Below, one piece after another: positions 1 through 9,489 of a stretch of DNA of 64,000 nucleotides (position 1 is the stretch's first letter; each line of letters starts with the position of its first letter). Made by a program: the position numbers and the translations under genes. The DNA is from Bacillales bacterium UBA4278. GTDB lineage: Bacteria; Bacillota_I; Bacilli_A; RFN20; CAG-826. The stretch spans positions 78,928 to 142,927 of the forward strand of contig DGVS01000005.1 of the NCBI GenBank assembly GCA_002395065.1, written 5' to 3'. Under the pieces are notes generated by a model, which worked only from the letters and a program-made list of their open reading frames with translations, ran no database searches and was not told the origin of the DNA.

Positions 1-2
1 TA

Positions 3-158
3 TCAATTGATAGTGTTCTAACCAGAGGATTTGCAATTATGCAAACACCAGATGGGAAAGTTGTGACGAGTGTTGAGCAAGTTACAATCGACCAAGAACT
101 AAAAACAAAATTAAAAGATGGTTGTATAACAACCAAGGTGATTAAGAAGGAGAAATAA
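3..158 (+). CDS. xseA: Exodeoxyribonuclease VII large subunit, C-terminal fragment (5' truncated by window edge)
   Basis: Manual translation from pos 3: SIDSVLTRGFAIMQTPDGKVVTSVEQV...LKDG...*, typical XseA C-terminus; directly upstream of xseB. Confidence 0.85.
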   Translation, partial: SIDSVLTRGFAIMQTPDGKVVTSVEQVTIDQELKTKLKDGCITTKVIKKEK

Positions 159-160
159 AA

Positions 161-349
161 ATGGCAACTGAACAAATTAATTTCGAAAAATCACTCGAAC
201 GTCTTCAAGAGATTGTCGACAAGATTGAAAAGGAAACTCTTCCTTTGGAAGAATCGATCAAACTCTACGAAGAAGGAAAGAAGCTTATTTCTACCCTAGA
301 GAAGGCCTTAAAGGAAGCTGAAGCAAAAATCGGAGAACTACAAAAATAA
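161..349 (+). CDS. xseB: Exodeoxyribonuclease VII small subunit
   Basis: FEKSLERLQEIVDKIE...LEESIKLYEEG motif; SD aaggag upstream. Confidence 0.95.
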   Translation: MATEQINFEKSLERLQEIVDKIEKETLPLEESIKLYEEGKKLISTLEKALKEAEAKIGELQK

Positions 350-359
350 CTATGAATAG

Positions 360-401
360 TTAGTAATTTAAAGTAGTAGTTATTTAGTAGATAATTAGTA
401 A
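360..401 (+). repeat. TTAGTA(G/A) heptad array, 11-bp period (array 1)
   Basis: GTAGTAG 373, TTAGTAG 384, TTAGTAA 395 (period 11), plus TTAGTAA at 360. Confidence 0.75.
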
Positions 402-2264
402 ATGTCTAGAAAGAAAGTTAACAAAGTTAAACACGTTAATTTAAATGAAATCAAAGATCCATCGTTTTTGAAGAATCTTTCGTATGCTGAGCTCAACGTT
501 CTTGCTGACGATATTCGTAAAGAGATTATCCGCTGTACAGCGAAGAATGGTGGACACCTTTCTAGTAATCTCGGAGTAGTGGAATTAACCATTGCTATCG
601 AACATTTCTTTGATTTATCAAAGGATAAATTAATTTTTGATGTTGGACACCAATGTTACACACACAAAATCTTAACTGGACGCCCTCTTGAAACATTACG
701 ACAAACAAATGGTATTTCTGGTTTCCAGAAAATCGATGAATCAATCTATGACTGTTTTGATGCCGGACATTCTTCAACATCGATTTCCGTTGCAAATGGC
801 TTTGCCATTGCTCGTGATTTAAAAGGTGAAAACTATAATGTCATCGCTCTAATTGGTGATGGATCAATTCCTTCTGGATTAGCTTTTGAAGGACTCAATA
901 ACATTGCTAGTGGAAAGAATAAAGTTGTTATCATTTTAAATGATAATGGTATGTCTATTTCTAAACCTGTTGGTGCTTTATCAAAGTCATTTGGGAAAAT
1001 TTCAACTGCAGCAGGTTATAACCGTATTAAATACGGATATCGCCGAGCAATGTTTAAAACCAAAGTCGGTAAGAAGATTTATAATCTTACTTTAAGAATT
1101 AAGAACTGGTTTAAACGCCATCTTACATCTCCAAATATTTTTACCGATCTTGGTTTTGCTTATATTGGTCCGGTTGATGGACACGACATTCGAAAGCTTG
1201 AAAAAGCATTTAAACGAATTGGAAACACTGAAAAATCAGTGGTCGTTCATGTCTGTACTACCAAAGGTAAAGGCTACGAATTAGCTGAAAACGACAACAC
1301 CGGATCATGGCATGGAGTTGCCCCATTCAAGATTCAAGATGGTGTCCCTTTAAAATCATCAAATCACATTAGTTGGTCGAAAGTATTTGCGGACCTATCT
1401 CTTAAAGAGATGAAAAAACATCCAGATGCATTTTTAATCTCCCCAGCCACAACAGTAGGCGCAGAAATGGAAGAGGTTTTAAAGCAATTCCCTGAGAGAA
1501 GTCTTGATGTCGGCATAGCCGAAGAACATGCTGCAACACTTTCTGGAGCACTTTCTCGCGGTGGTTATCACCCGATTATTTCGATTTATTCAACGTTCAT
1601 GCAACGTGCTTACGATGAAATATCGCACGACATGTCACGTACTAAAGCGAATGCGACATTGCTTATCGACCGTGCAGGACTAGTTGGACGTGATGGTGAA
1701 ACTCATCAAGGCATCTATGATGCAGCGTTTTTATCAACAATTCCAGATGTTGTTATTACAATGCCTTCTACACGCAAAGAAGCCGAATACCTATATAACG
1801 AATCATTCAACAATCACGGTGTATTTGCGATTCGTTATCCACGTGCCACATGCCTTATGGAAGGAAAAGAACAGCAACTTTCCTTTGGAAAATGGGTTAA
1901 AGTTCGTGAATCTAAAGCAAAGAAAGTGGCGGTGATCTCTGTTGGACACCTCACTCATGAGTTGAATCAACTAGTCGAGGAAAAACATCTTGATTGCACA
2001 ATTTATAATGCTATTTTCATTAATCCAGTTGACGAGGATGCTTTGAAGAGCCTCCTCTCATACGATAAAATCGTCATTTACGATGCGTATAGCACCCAAG
2101 GAGGCCTTGTTTCTCTTGTGACGCTTAAATTATCGCAACTAAAATTTAAAGGGCTTATTTCGGCTCGTTGTGTACCAAATGTTTTTGTCAAGCAAGCAAC
2201 AATCACGGAACAACTCGAATCTTTTGGATTGCTTCCAAGACAAATTTTAGAAGAACTGAAATAA
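402..2264 (+). CDS. dxs: 1-deoxy-D-xylulose-5-phosphate synthase
   Basis: GGHLSSNLGVVELT, FDVGHQCY, GDG..N TPP motif, DVGIAEEHA, DRAGLVG.DGETHQG. Confidence 0.97.
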   Translation: MSRKKVNKVKHVNLNEIKDPSFLKNLSYAELNVLADDIRKEIIRCTAKNGGHLSSNLGVVELTIAIEHFFDLSKDKLIFDVGHQCYTHKILTGRPLETLRQTNGISGFQKIDESIYDCFDAGHSSTSISVANGFAIARDLKGENYNVIALIGDGSIPSGLAFEGLNNIASGKNKVVIILNDNGMSISKPVGALSKSFGKISTAAGYNRIKYGYRRAMFKTKVGKKIYNLTLRIKNWFKRHLTSPNIFTDLGFAYIGPVDGHDIRKLEKAFKRIGNTEKSVVVHVCTTKGKGYELAENDNTGSWHGVAPFKIQDGVPLKSSNHISWSKVFADLSLKEMKKHPDAFLISPATTVGAEMEEVLKQFPERSLDVGIAEEHAATLSGALSRGGYHPIISIYSTFMQRAYDEISHDMSRTKANATLLIDRAGLVGRDGETHQGIYDAAFLSTIPDVVITMPSTRKEAEYLYNESFNNHGVFAIRYPRATCLMEGKEQQLSFGKWVKVRESKAKKVAVISVGHLTHELNQLVEEKHLDCTIYNAIFINPVDEDALKSLLSYDKIVIYDAYSTQGGLVSLVTLKLSQLKFKGLISARCVPNVFVKQATITEQLESFGLLPRQILEELK

Positions 2265-2280
2265 ACAATCATTCGTGTTA

Positions 2281-2295
2281 TGGTTAACATAATAT
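2281..2295. promoter_or_regulatory. Orphan XerD-arm (dif half-site) copy
   Basis: TGGTTAACATAATAT is identical to 8026-8040 (dif XerD arm plus flanks); no XerC arm follows. Confidence 0.7.
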
Positions 2296-2323
2296 TGAAT
2301 GATTTTTTTATGCTCTATAAAAT
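2295..2323 (+). promoter_or_regulatory. Sigma-A promoter of dinB-xerD (leaderless)
   Basis: TTGAAT 2295-2300, 17-bp spacer, TAAAAT 2318-2323, ATG 6 nt later, no SD. Confidence 0.75.
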
Positions 2324-2329
2324 AGAAGT

Positions 2330-3523
2330 ATGAGCAAAATCATTTTGCATATTGATCTCAACACCTTCTTTGTTCGTTGTGAAGAACTTATTAATCCATC
2401 ATTAGAAGGCCAGCCAGTTATTATTGGTCATAGTGGTCGTGGTGGAATTGTTTCAACATGTTCATACGAAGCAAGAAAATACGGTGTGCACAGTGGACAG
2501 CCAACATTTAAAGCTCTCGAACTTTGTCCAAATGCAATTGTCATTCACGGACATTATGAACTTTATAGTCGTAAATCAAAAGAGTTCTTTAACTTTGTTA
2601 AGCAGTATTCTAAAATCATCGAAAAAGCCTCAGTTGATGAATGTTATGTCGATATGACTGAGCAGCTTTCAAAGGTGAAAGATGTTGTGGCGTATCTAAA
2701 AGAATTCCAAAATAAATTGCTTCAAACCATTGGACTTAAATGTTCAATTGGTGTTGCTCCAACCAAATTCCTTGCCAAAATGGCAAGCGATATGAAGAAA
2801 CCGATGGGAATCACCATTATTCGCCGCCGAGATGTTCGTAAGATGCTTGATCCACTTCCGATTTCTTCTTTCTATGGAATTGGTAAAAAAACTGCTCCGA
2901 GATTAGAAGCAATGGGCGTTAAAACAATTGGTGATTTAGCAAAGCTAATTAATTCTGATGAACCATCAGTTAAGCAAGCTTTTGGTAAATTTTACTATGT
3001 CATTAAAGATTGGATTAACGGATATGGTAGCGATGAAGTTGATGTCGAACCATGGGATCCAAAATCGATTGGCCACTCGACAACATTTGTTAGCGATTCA
3101 ACAGATTTTGATGAAATCCGATCTTATTTAAAAGATCTTGCTAAAGAAGTATCCGATGAAGCCAAAGAAAAAGGAAAAATCGGATTTAATGTTCAACTTG
3201 TCTTAAAGACAAATGAATTCAAAACAATTAATCGGTCAGTCAAATTACAAAAACCAACAAATGATTTTGAAACAATTTATAATGAGGCTTCGATTCTTTT
3301 AGAAAAGAACCTTAATGGTCAAGAAATTCGTCTATGTGGTGTAACATTACAAAATCTCATTTATGCTTCTGATTATGTTGAACAGTTATCAATATTTGAT
3401 AATTATGAAGACGACGAGAAGAATGCGACCAGAGACTTAATTCGTGAACTGAACCGGAAGATGAAGGGAGCCAAGTTTATGCGAGCCTCGGACATCCTTA
3501 AGGAGAAGAGAAATGGACATTAA
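2330..3523 (+). CDS. dinB: DNA polymerase IV (Y family)
   Basis: ILHIDLNTFF, CSYEARKYGV, SVDECYVD, KFLAKMASDMKKP. Confidence 0.95.
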   Translation: MSKIILHIDLNTFFVRCEELINPSLEGQPVIIGHSGRGGIVSTCSYEARKYGVHSGQPTFKALELCPNAIVIHGHYELYSRKSKEFFNFVKQYSKIIEKASVDECYVDMTEQLSKVKDVVAYLKEFQNKLLQTIGLKCSIGVAPTKFLAKMASDMKKPMGITIIRRRDVRKMLDPLPISSFYGIGKKTAPRLEAMGVKTIGDLAKLINSDEPSVKQAFGKFYYVIKDWINGYGSDEVDVEPWDPKSIGHSTTFVSDSTDFDEIRSYLKDLAKEVSDEAKEKGKIGFNVQLVLKTNEFKTINRSVKLQKPTNDFETIYNEASILLEKNLNGQEIRLCGVTLQNLIYASDYVEQLSIFDNYEDDEKNATRDLIRELNRKMKGAKFMRASDILKEKRNGH

Positions 3524-4391
3524 TCGCGCTAAAGAACTCTTCTTCCAACATCTTCGCGTTGAAAAAGGACTCTCTGAAGATACTGTTCTTTCCTATGCTT
3601 ACGATATCAACGAATTCCTGAAAGAATTCAAATATAATGATACGGAAGATATCCTTCCTACAGACATTGGCGATTTTATGCGCATTCAAAGTAAGAACAA
3701 GATGGCCACAGCAACGATTGCTCGTCGTCTATCTTCTTTGAAAAACTTCTATATTTTCTTAGAAAAAGAAGATTTTATTCATCTTCCTATGAGGGATGTC
3801 GAAACACCAAAAGGAGTGAAGCACCTGCCATCGGTACTTAGTATTGAACAAGTTGAGCAACTTCTTGATGCTCCTGATTTAGACAAGGACGAAGGAGTTC
3901 GCGATCGAGCAATGCTAGAGTTGATGTATGCATCGGGACTTCGCGTAAGTGAACTGCTTTCATTAAAAATGAAAAACATTTCTTTTGAGAGAAATATTGT
4001 CACAGTAATTGGTAAAGGAAACAAACAAAGAAAAGTTCCTTTTGGAGATTTTGCGAAGGATTATCTTGTTCAATATATTGACCATGCTCGAAAAAAGAAT
4101 CCCGGTTCAAGAACGGACTATGTTTTCTTAAATCGATACGGCAAACCATTATCAAGACAATACTTCTTTTTACAAGTTAAAAAGTATGCCGAACAAGTCG
4201 GAATAAAAGAAGATATTTCGCCTCATACATTACGGCATTGTTTTGCAACCCATCTTCTTGAATCCAGTGCGGATATCCGAACTGTTCAAGAAATGCTTGG
4301 ACATAGCAATATTGCTACAACTCAGATTTATTTAAATATCTCTACGCGACGTATCCTTGAAGCGTATGATTTGTATAGCAAACGAAAATAG
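3513..4391 (+). CDS. xerD: Site-specific tyrosine recombinase XerD
   Basis: [39 protein letters not shown] catalytic residues; xerD-deoB order as in B. subtilis ripX-drm. Confidence 0.85.
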   Translation: MDINRAKELFFQHLRVEKGLSEDTVLSYAYDINEFLKEFKYNDTEDILPTDIGDFMRIQSKNKMATATIARRLSSLKNFYIFLEKEDFIHLPMRDVETPKGVKHLPSVLSIEQVEQLLDAPDLDKDEGVRDRAMLELMYASGLRVSELLSLKMKNISFERNIVTVIGKGNKQRKVPFGDFAKDYLVQYIDHARKKNPGSRTDYVFLNRYGKPLSRQYFFLQVKKYAEQVGIKEDISPHTLRHCFATHLLESSADIRTVQEMLGHSNIATTQIYLNISTRRILEAYDLYSKRK

Positions 4392-4422
4392 TTTAGAATA
4401 TGGACGATTTAGGAGTGAACTT

Positions 4423-5619
4423 ATGAAAAAATTTAAAAGAATCTTCGTGATTGTAACTGACTCAGCTGGTATTGGTGAAATGCCAGATGCGGAAAAATTT
4501 GGTGATAAAGGCACTAACACCTGGGTTCATACCGCAGAAAAGTGTGGTGGACTTCATGTTCCAAATATGAATGCCTTAGGCATTGGTGATCTTGCTCCAG
4601 TGAAAGGAACTAGCAAAGTTAGTCATCCACATGCATATAGCATGAGAATGAGAGAAGCCAGCAATGGAAAAGACACTATGACTGGTCACTGGGAAATGAT
4701 GGGTATTTATACAACAAAACCATTTATTACCTTTACAGACACCGGATTCCCAAAAGCGTTAATGGACGAATTAGCTGAAAAAACTGGTCATAAGTTAATT
4801 GGTAATAAAGCCGCATCTGGAACCGAAATTCTAAAAGAATTAGGTGAACAACAGATGAAAGAAAACTCCTTAATTGTCTATACTTCCGCCGACTCTGTTT
4901 TACAGATTGCTGCCCACGAAGAAGTTACTGGTGTTCCAGAACTTTATCGTTGTTGCGAAATCGCTCGTGAAATCTGCTTACGTCCAGAGTATTACGTTGG
5001 CCGCGTTATCGCTCGTCCGTTCATTGGTACAGATGCATCCAACTTCAAACGTACTCCAAATCGTCACGATTTAGCCGTTTCTCCAAGCGGAACTACTGCT
5101 ATGGATATTCTTAAACAGAATGGTTATATGGTTTCCTGTATTGGTAAGATTGGTGATATCTTCAATCAATGTGGTGTTGTTAAAACCCAAAAAACTGTCT
5201 CCAATAAAGACGGAATGGAAAAGACGATTGATGAATGTAAGAACCACGATTTCGAAGGTTTATGTTACATCAACTTAGTTGAATTTGACTCAGAATACGG
5301 ACATCGTCGTAACCCACTTGGTTATGGAAAGGCTCTTGAAGAATTTGATGTTCAACTTGGTGAATTAATGGAAGCTTCTAAAGAAGATGATCTGATTATG
5401 GTGACCGCTGACCACGGAAATGACCCAACTCATACCGGAACAGACCACACCAGAGAAAAAGTTCCTCTAATTTGCTTTAGCAAGTCGTTCAAACACGGTA
5501 AATACCTTGAAGAACGTGAATGCTTTGCTGACATTGGTGAAACAATACTCCAAAACTTTGGTCTTAAGAAAGCTGATACAATGATTGGTAAACCAATCAA
5601 AGAACTTTTAGAAGACTAG
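4423..5619 (+). CDS. deoB: Phosphopentomutase
   Basis: [42 protein letters not shown]; start moved to ATG 4423 after SD aggag. Confidence 0.95.
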   Translation: MKKFKRIFVIVTDSAGIGEMPDAEKFGDKGTNTWVHTAEKCGGLHVPNMNALGIGDLAPVKGTSKVSHPHAYSMRMREASNGKDTMTGHWEMMGIYTTKPFITFTDTGFPKALMDELAEKTGHKLIGNKAASGTEILKELGEQQMKENSLIVYTSADSVLQIAAHEEVTGVPELYRCCEIAREICLRPEYYVGRVIARPFIGTDASNFKRTPNRHDLAVSPSGTTAMDILKQNGYMVSCIGKIGDIFNQCGVVKTQKTVSNKDGMEKTIDECKNHDFEGLCYINLVEFDSEYGHRRNPLGYGKALEEFDVQLGELMEASKEDDLIMVTADHGNDPTHTGTDHTREKVPLICFSKSFKHGKYLEERECFADIGETILQNFGLKKADTMIGKPIKELLED

Positions 5620-6188
5620 TTCAATAAAATTATTTGATGAAAAAGGCGTCTTATTAGATGCCTTTTTTCTAATTTTGAAATAAGGCGAGACAAAGTTTCA
5701 CGTTCTAAATGGAGACTTTGAGCAAGAGTGGTGATGCTCTTAAATGAAATTTGTCCTTTGTTAGATTGCAGGTAGAACAGAAAACGTTCCTCGGCACTTT
5801 CTAAAGACAAAAGTTTGATATGGTGGTTTAAACGTTTCACAAAACTCGATTCAAGTTTCATATATTCCTCAAAAAACTGAGGATCTTTCATAAGATTTTG
5901 AAAGTCTTCTTTCTTAAAAAGAAAGATTTCACTATCTTCAATTGTAGTAACGTTGCCTTTAAATTTGTTATCTTCTCCAAAAACAAGATGTACGCCAAAG
6001 AAGTCGTTTGGTTTAATTTCATTATAAACAATCTCGGTCCCTTTAAAGGAGTACGACTGAATACGAATAAAGCCAGATTTAACTAATCCGACATAATGAC
6101 ATTCTTCTCCTTCATGAAAAAGAATCGTTCCTTTCGGAAAAGATTTTGTCGTGTATCCATGTTCTTCCAGAATTTGTATAAAAGTCAT
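5616..6188 (-). CDS. Crp/Fnr family transcriptional regulator
   Basis: cNMP-binding-like domain ([12 protein letters not shown]...FFG) and HTH with ERETLSR; start 6188 preferred (6224 possible). Confidence 0.85.
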   Translation of the reverse strand: MTFIQILEEHGYTTKSFPKGTILFHEGEECHYVGLVKSGFIRIQSYSFKGTEIVYNEIKPNDFFGVHLVFGEDNKFKGNVTTIEDSEIFLFKKEDFQNLMKDPQFFEEYMKLESSFVKRLNHHIKLLSLESAEERFLFYLQSNKGQISFKSITTLAQSLHLERETLSRLISKLEKRHLIRRLFHQIILLN

Positions 6189-6193
6189 AATTT

Positions 6194-6209
6194 CGTGATT
6201 CAAATCACA
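6194..6209. promoter_or_regulatory. CRP-type operator
   Basis: CGTGA-ttcaaa-TCACA with AT flanks, between the divergent regulator and ABC genes. Confidence 0.75.
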
Positions 6210-6242
6210 TTTTAATTTAATCATATAAAGTATGATGTGTCT

Positions 6243-7151
6243 ATGAAAACAAAGAAATTATTTTTACTCCCAGCACTCCTTCTAGCTGGATGCTCTATCG
6301 ATAGTCAAGAAAAACTATCCATTCTTACTCCAACGGGCGCTCCAGCGGTCGTTTTTGCATCGTTTTTAAACGATTCTAACTTCAAAGTCATTGATCAACC
6401 AGCGAATATTATTGCCCAAATGGTCAATGAGAATGTTGATATCGCTGTTTTACCAACAAACGTCGGAGTTCAGCAAATTGTAAAAGGGCTCAAGTACAAA
6501 ATTGCTTCAACAATCACTTTTGGGAACCTATTTATTTGCTCGACTGGATTAGATGAAGACGGTGTTATGGGTGATGACGATTATATCGTCTCATTCCAGG
6601 AAAATGCTGTTCCAGACAAAATATATAAGTCTGTTTATGATGTAGCGGTTGATTATTACGCAGCAAATGCCCAAGAAGCTGCAAAGTGTTTAAAACTAAA
6701 ACGCGATGTTGTGAATAGCAAAGATGTTGATTATGTCTTAATGGCCGAACCAGCTGTAAGTAAACAAGAATCAATAGGAACTGACTTTAGCATTTATGCT
6801 AATCTTCAAGAACAATATCAGACGAAGTACGATAATCAACAAATCTTTCAAGCTTCAATTTTTGTTCGTGATTCATTATCTCATGAGCTAGTTGATTCTT
6901 ATTTAGGTCGTATTAAATCGTATGTTTCTTCCCTAAAAGCTAATCCTTCTCTATTAGAGAACGCAAAACAATTAGACCAAAACGCCGAAACAACTTTAGG
7001 AATTGATATTGCAGCAACTGTGGCGGCAATTAAAAAAGATAATGCCATCGGTATCGGCTATGAAGTTGCCTATGAACACAAATCCGAGATTGATACATTC
7101 TTAAAAATCTTTGGCATGACGGAGACTAATGAAGAAATTTATTACAAATAA
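6243..7151 (+). CDS. ABC transporter substrate-binding lipoprotein (NitT/TauT/SsuA-like)
   Basis: Lipobox LLAGC; PTGAPA, DIAVLPTN, LMAEP motifs; followed by permease; ATG 6243. Confidence 0.75.
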   Translation: MKTKKLFLLPALLLAGCSIDSQEKLSILTPTGAPAVVFASFLNDSNFKVIDQPANIIAQMVNENVDIAVLPTNVGVQQIVKGLKYKIASTITFGNLFICSTGLDEDGVMGDDDYIVSFQENAVPDKIYKSVYDVAVDYYAANAQEAAKCLKLKRDVVNSKDVDYVLMAEPAVSKQESIGTDFSIYANLQEQYQTKYDNQQIFQASIFVRDSLSHELVDSYLGRIKSYVSSLKANPSLLENAKQLDQNAETTLGIDIAATVAAIKKDNAIGIGYEVAYEHKSEIDTFLKIFGMTETNEEIYYK

Positions 7152-7905
7152 GTATTTCTTAATTTTTTCAGGAATAGTTTTACTATTTGGACTGTGGTTT
7201 TTAGCAACACTTATCTTTGATAAGAACTCAATGATTTTTCCATCTCCGATTGTTACTTTTGAAGCATTAATTCAACTTTTAGGGGTTGGTTATACATATC
7301 AATGTTTAGCTTATTCTGTGCTGAAGATGTTGATCGGATTTGGATTAGGATTTATTGTGGCGTTTATTCTCGCACTGATTGTGCGTGATGATGACCATTT
7401 GTACACATTATTCTCACCAATCATTACAGCCTTAAAAGCCATTCCAACAGCAGCGATTGTCTTTTTATTCGTTGTTTTAGTGGATGCTGAATATGCTCCA
7501 TGTTTTCTTGTAATGATTTTATCATTACCAATCTTATATGAATCGCTTGTTAACGGTATGAGAAATATTGATCCTCAAGTTCTTGATGCGGTGAAAATTG
7601 ATGGTGGTAAAGGAGCGCAAAAACTCTTTCGTATTCAACTACCTTTAGCGCTCCCATATCTGCTTGTCGGTATCATTTCGTCGTTCTCTCTATCTTTTAA
7701 GATAGAAATCATGTCTGAAATTGTTACCGGATATACACGTAACGGTTTAGGAAGCTTGATTAAATCGGTGCAAATCAATGACCCAACAAATATGGCGGCC
7801 ATTTTTGCATATTCTTTAATCGCAATTATATTGATGATTATTGTTTCTATTCCGGCATCTTACTTAAGAAATAAAGTGGCAGTGAAAGCTGGAATTAGTA
7901 GATAA
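7129..7905 (+). CDS. ABC transporter permease (NitT/TauT/SsuC-like)
   Basis: FPSP motif, multiple TM segments, EAA-like DAVKIDGG...IQLPLALP, GLG. Confidence 0.85.
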   Translation: MKKFITNKYFLIFSGIVLLFGLWFLATLIFDKNSMIFPSPIVTFEALIQLLGVGYTYQCLAYSVLKMLIGFGLGFIVAFILALIVRDDDHLYTLFSPIITALKAIPTAAIVFLFVVLVDAEYAPCFLVMILSLPILYESLVNGMRNIDPQVLDAVKIDGGKGAQKLFRIQLPLALPYLLVGIISSFSLSFKIEIMSEIVTGYTRNGLGSLIKSVQINDPTNMAAIFAYSLIAIILMIIVSIPASYLRNKVAVKAGISR

Positions 7906-7912
7906 TTAGTAG
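7895..7912 (+). repeat. TTAGTAG heptad array (array 2)
   Basis: TTAGTAG-ATAA-TTAGTAG at 7895 and 7906, overlapping the permease stop. Confidence 0.7.
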
Positions 7913-7915
7913 TTG

Positions 7916-7940
7916 TTATCCACTCTTTTTATGTGGAAAA
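7916..7940. promoter_or_regulatory. Pair of DnaA-box-like 9-mers
   Basis: TTATCCACT 7916-7924 and TGTGGAAAA (=TTTTCCACA) 7932-7940; could alternatively be a weak hairpin. Confidence 0.5.
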
Positions 7941-7990
7941 GTCCTAGTTCATGGCTTTTTCTTTATTTAATAGATATAGAGGAAATAAAT

Positions 7991-8016
7991 AAAAAAGAAC
8001 GATTTATTCGCTCTTT
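7991..8016 (-). terminator. Intrinsic terminator of the yqeG-rsfS operon
   Basis: Minus strand GAGCGA-ataaa-TCGTTC followed by a U tract. Confidence 0.6.
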
Positions 8017-8026
8017 CTTGGTATTT

Positions 8027-8054
8027 GGTTAACATAATATCTATTATGCGAAGT
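8027..8054 (-). other. dif: Chromosomal dif site (XerCD recombination site)
   Basis: ACTTCGCATAA-tagata-TTATGTTAACC (11-6-11), close to E. coli and B. subtilis dif; lies at the gene-orientation switch. Confidence 0.9.
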
Positions 8055-8380
8055 TATCTCTTTTTCGGACTTTCTAAAACTTGCTCAATTGAAACTCTCT
8101 CGCGTTCTTCTTTGGAGAAAATATTCACAATAACATGATAAGCATCGATCAAAATCCATCCAGATTCTGGAGTTCCTTCTTTGTGCGAGTAATTAACTTT
8201 CTTTTCCTCGAGCTTATCGATAATAGCATCGGCCAATGCTCCGAGTTGACGAACGTTTGTCGCCGAACAAAGAACATAATATTCCGCGAAAGGCGTTCTT
8301 TCTGAGACATCAATTACTGAAATATCTTCTGCTTTATGATCAGAAAGAACTTTTTTAACCATTTGTACAACTTTATCCAT
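8054..8380 (-). CDS. rsfS: Ribosome silencing factor
   Basis: DHKAEDISVIDV, WILIDAYHVIVNIF; yqe operon context. Confidence 0.9.
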   Translation of the reverse strand: MDKVVQMVKKVLSDHKAEDISVIDVSERTPFAEYYVLCSATNVRQLGALADAIIDKLEEKKVNYSHKEGTPESGWILIDAYHVIVNIFSKEERERVSIEQVLESPKKR

Positions 8381-8382
8381 TG

Positions 8383-9486
8383 TTAATCTCCTAAATACAT
8401 TTTAAAGCATTCGTCAGTAAGACGATTTTTAATATCTTTAGCATGAGCAAGTAAGTACTTGCGGTTATCTTTTAAAGTATCTAAAAATCCTTGTTTCCAG
8501 TTTTTCATGCACGAATTAATTAAAAAACGAGAATCAAATTGGCGAGTTGGTTCGATTTTGTCTGCGGCATAGACCACCATTCCAAGTTCGCTCATATTTG
8601 CGCAGCCTGTGCAATGGAACTTCACCGCATCAAGAATCTCTTTGTCTTTGATATGGAAATCGTTTATTAAGATATATTCACCAATAAATTGGTGATAAGC
8701 AAAACGTGGCATATCTAAATAATCTTTGTATTTTTCTTTCATAACTTTTTCAGGATCAATTTTTCCATAGTTGGTGAGTTTGCCAATATCGTGGAATAAT
8801 CCGGTAAAGTAATACTTTGCAGGATTTGGAAGATTATTAACAACCGCAATTTGGTATGCTAGCTTTGCGACTTCGATGGAGTGGTTTAATCGTTTTTCAT
8901 CCACATATTCACTAACTTTCTTTACATAGTAAAGATGATGCTTTTCAATATAGTTTAAAACTTCTTTTGGAAGATCAAGCGACATCCCTAAACGAACTGC
9001 GGTTGAACTAACTTCACCGCTTTCTAAATAGTTCAGATTAATCATGTTATATTTGTAAACAATATCTTCACTAATAAGAACACCTGGTCGAGGAACATAG
9101 ACAATCTGCGTTAGTCTTGCCAACAACTCAGCATCCTTCCATTCTGGGAATTTATTAACCTGGTCTCCACCAATTAAAAGGTAGAGTTTTGATTTTGGGT
9201 ATTTCTTATAGAAATAACTAATGGTATCAATTGTATAATTCACTTCACTTGTGGATTTCAGTTCATATTCACTGATTTGTGACCCAGCAGGAGCGTATAG
9301 GCGAAGAACTAGCTTCATCATTTTTAAACGGTCTTCACCACTGGCCTCGCATTCTTTCCATCGTGGAGAACGTGCCGGCACGAAAATGACGTCTGCGTTT
9401 AGCTTGAGCGATGCAGCACGCGCAATACGAAGATGACCATTATGGATTGGATCAAAAGATCCACCGTAAATGATGTAATTAGCCAT
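8383..9486 (-). CDS. nadD: Nicotinate-nucleotide adenylyltransferase fused to a YqeK-like HD domain
   Basis: GGSFDPIHNGH, VSSTAVR; C-terminal RLNHS...FHDIGK...AADKIEP. Confidence 0.9.
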   Translation of the reverse strand: MANYIIYGGSFDPIHNGHLRIARAASLKLNADVIFVPARSPRWKECEASGEDRLKMMKLVLRLYAPAGSQISEYELKSTSEVNYTIDTISYFYKKYPKSKLYLLIGGDQVNKFPEWKDAELLARLTQIVYVPRPGVLISEDIVYKYNMINLNYLESGEVSSTAVRLGMSLDLPKEVLNYIEKHHLYYVKKVSEYVDEKRLNHSIEVAKLAYQIAVVNNLPNPAKYYFTGLFHDIGKLTNYGKIDPEKVMKEKYKDYLDMPRFAYHQFIGEYILINDFHIKDKEILDAVKFHCTGCANMSELGMVVYAADKIEPTRQFDSRFLINSCMKNWKQGFLDTLKDNRKYLLAHAKDIKNRLTDECFKMYLGD

Positions 9487-9489
9487 TAA

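Noticed and set aside
360-401. Heptad arrays as CRISPR or mini-CRISPR
   Set aside because: 7-bp units with 4-nt spacers are far too short; no cas genes
2262-2275. LexA (Cheo) box before dinB, TAAAC-AATC-ATTCG
   Set aside because: Both core half-sites mismatch GAAC-N4-GTTC; too weak to call
3513-4391. Phage or ICE integrase
   Set aside because: XerD length and motifs, xerD-deoB synteny, nearby dif, no cargo or att repeats
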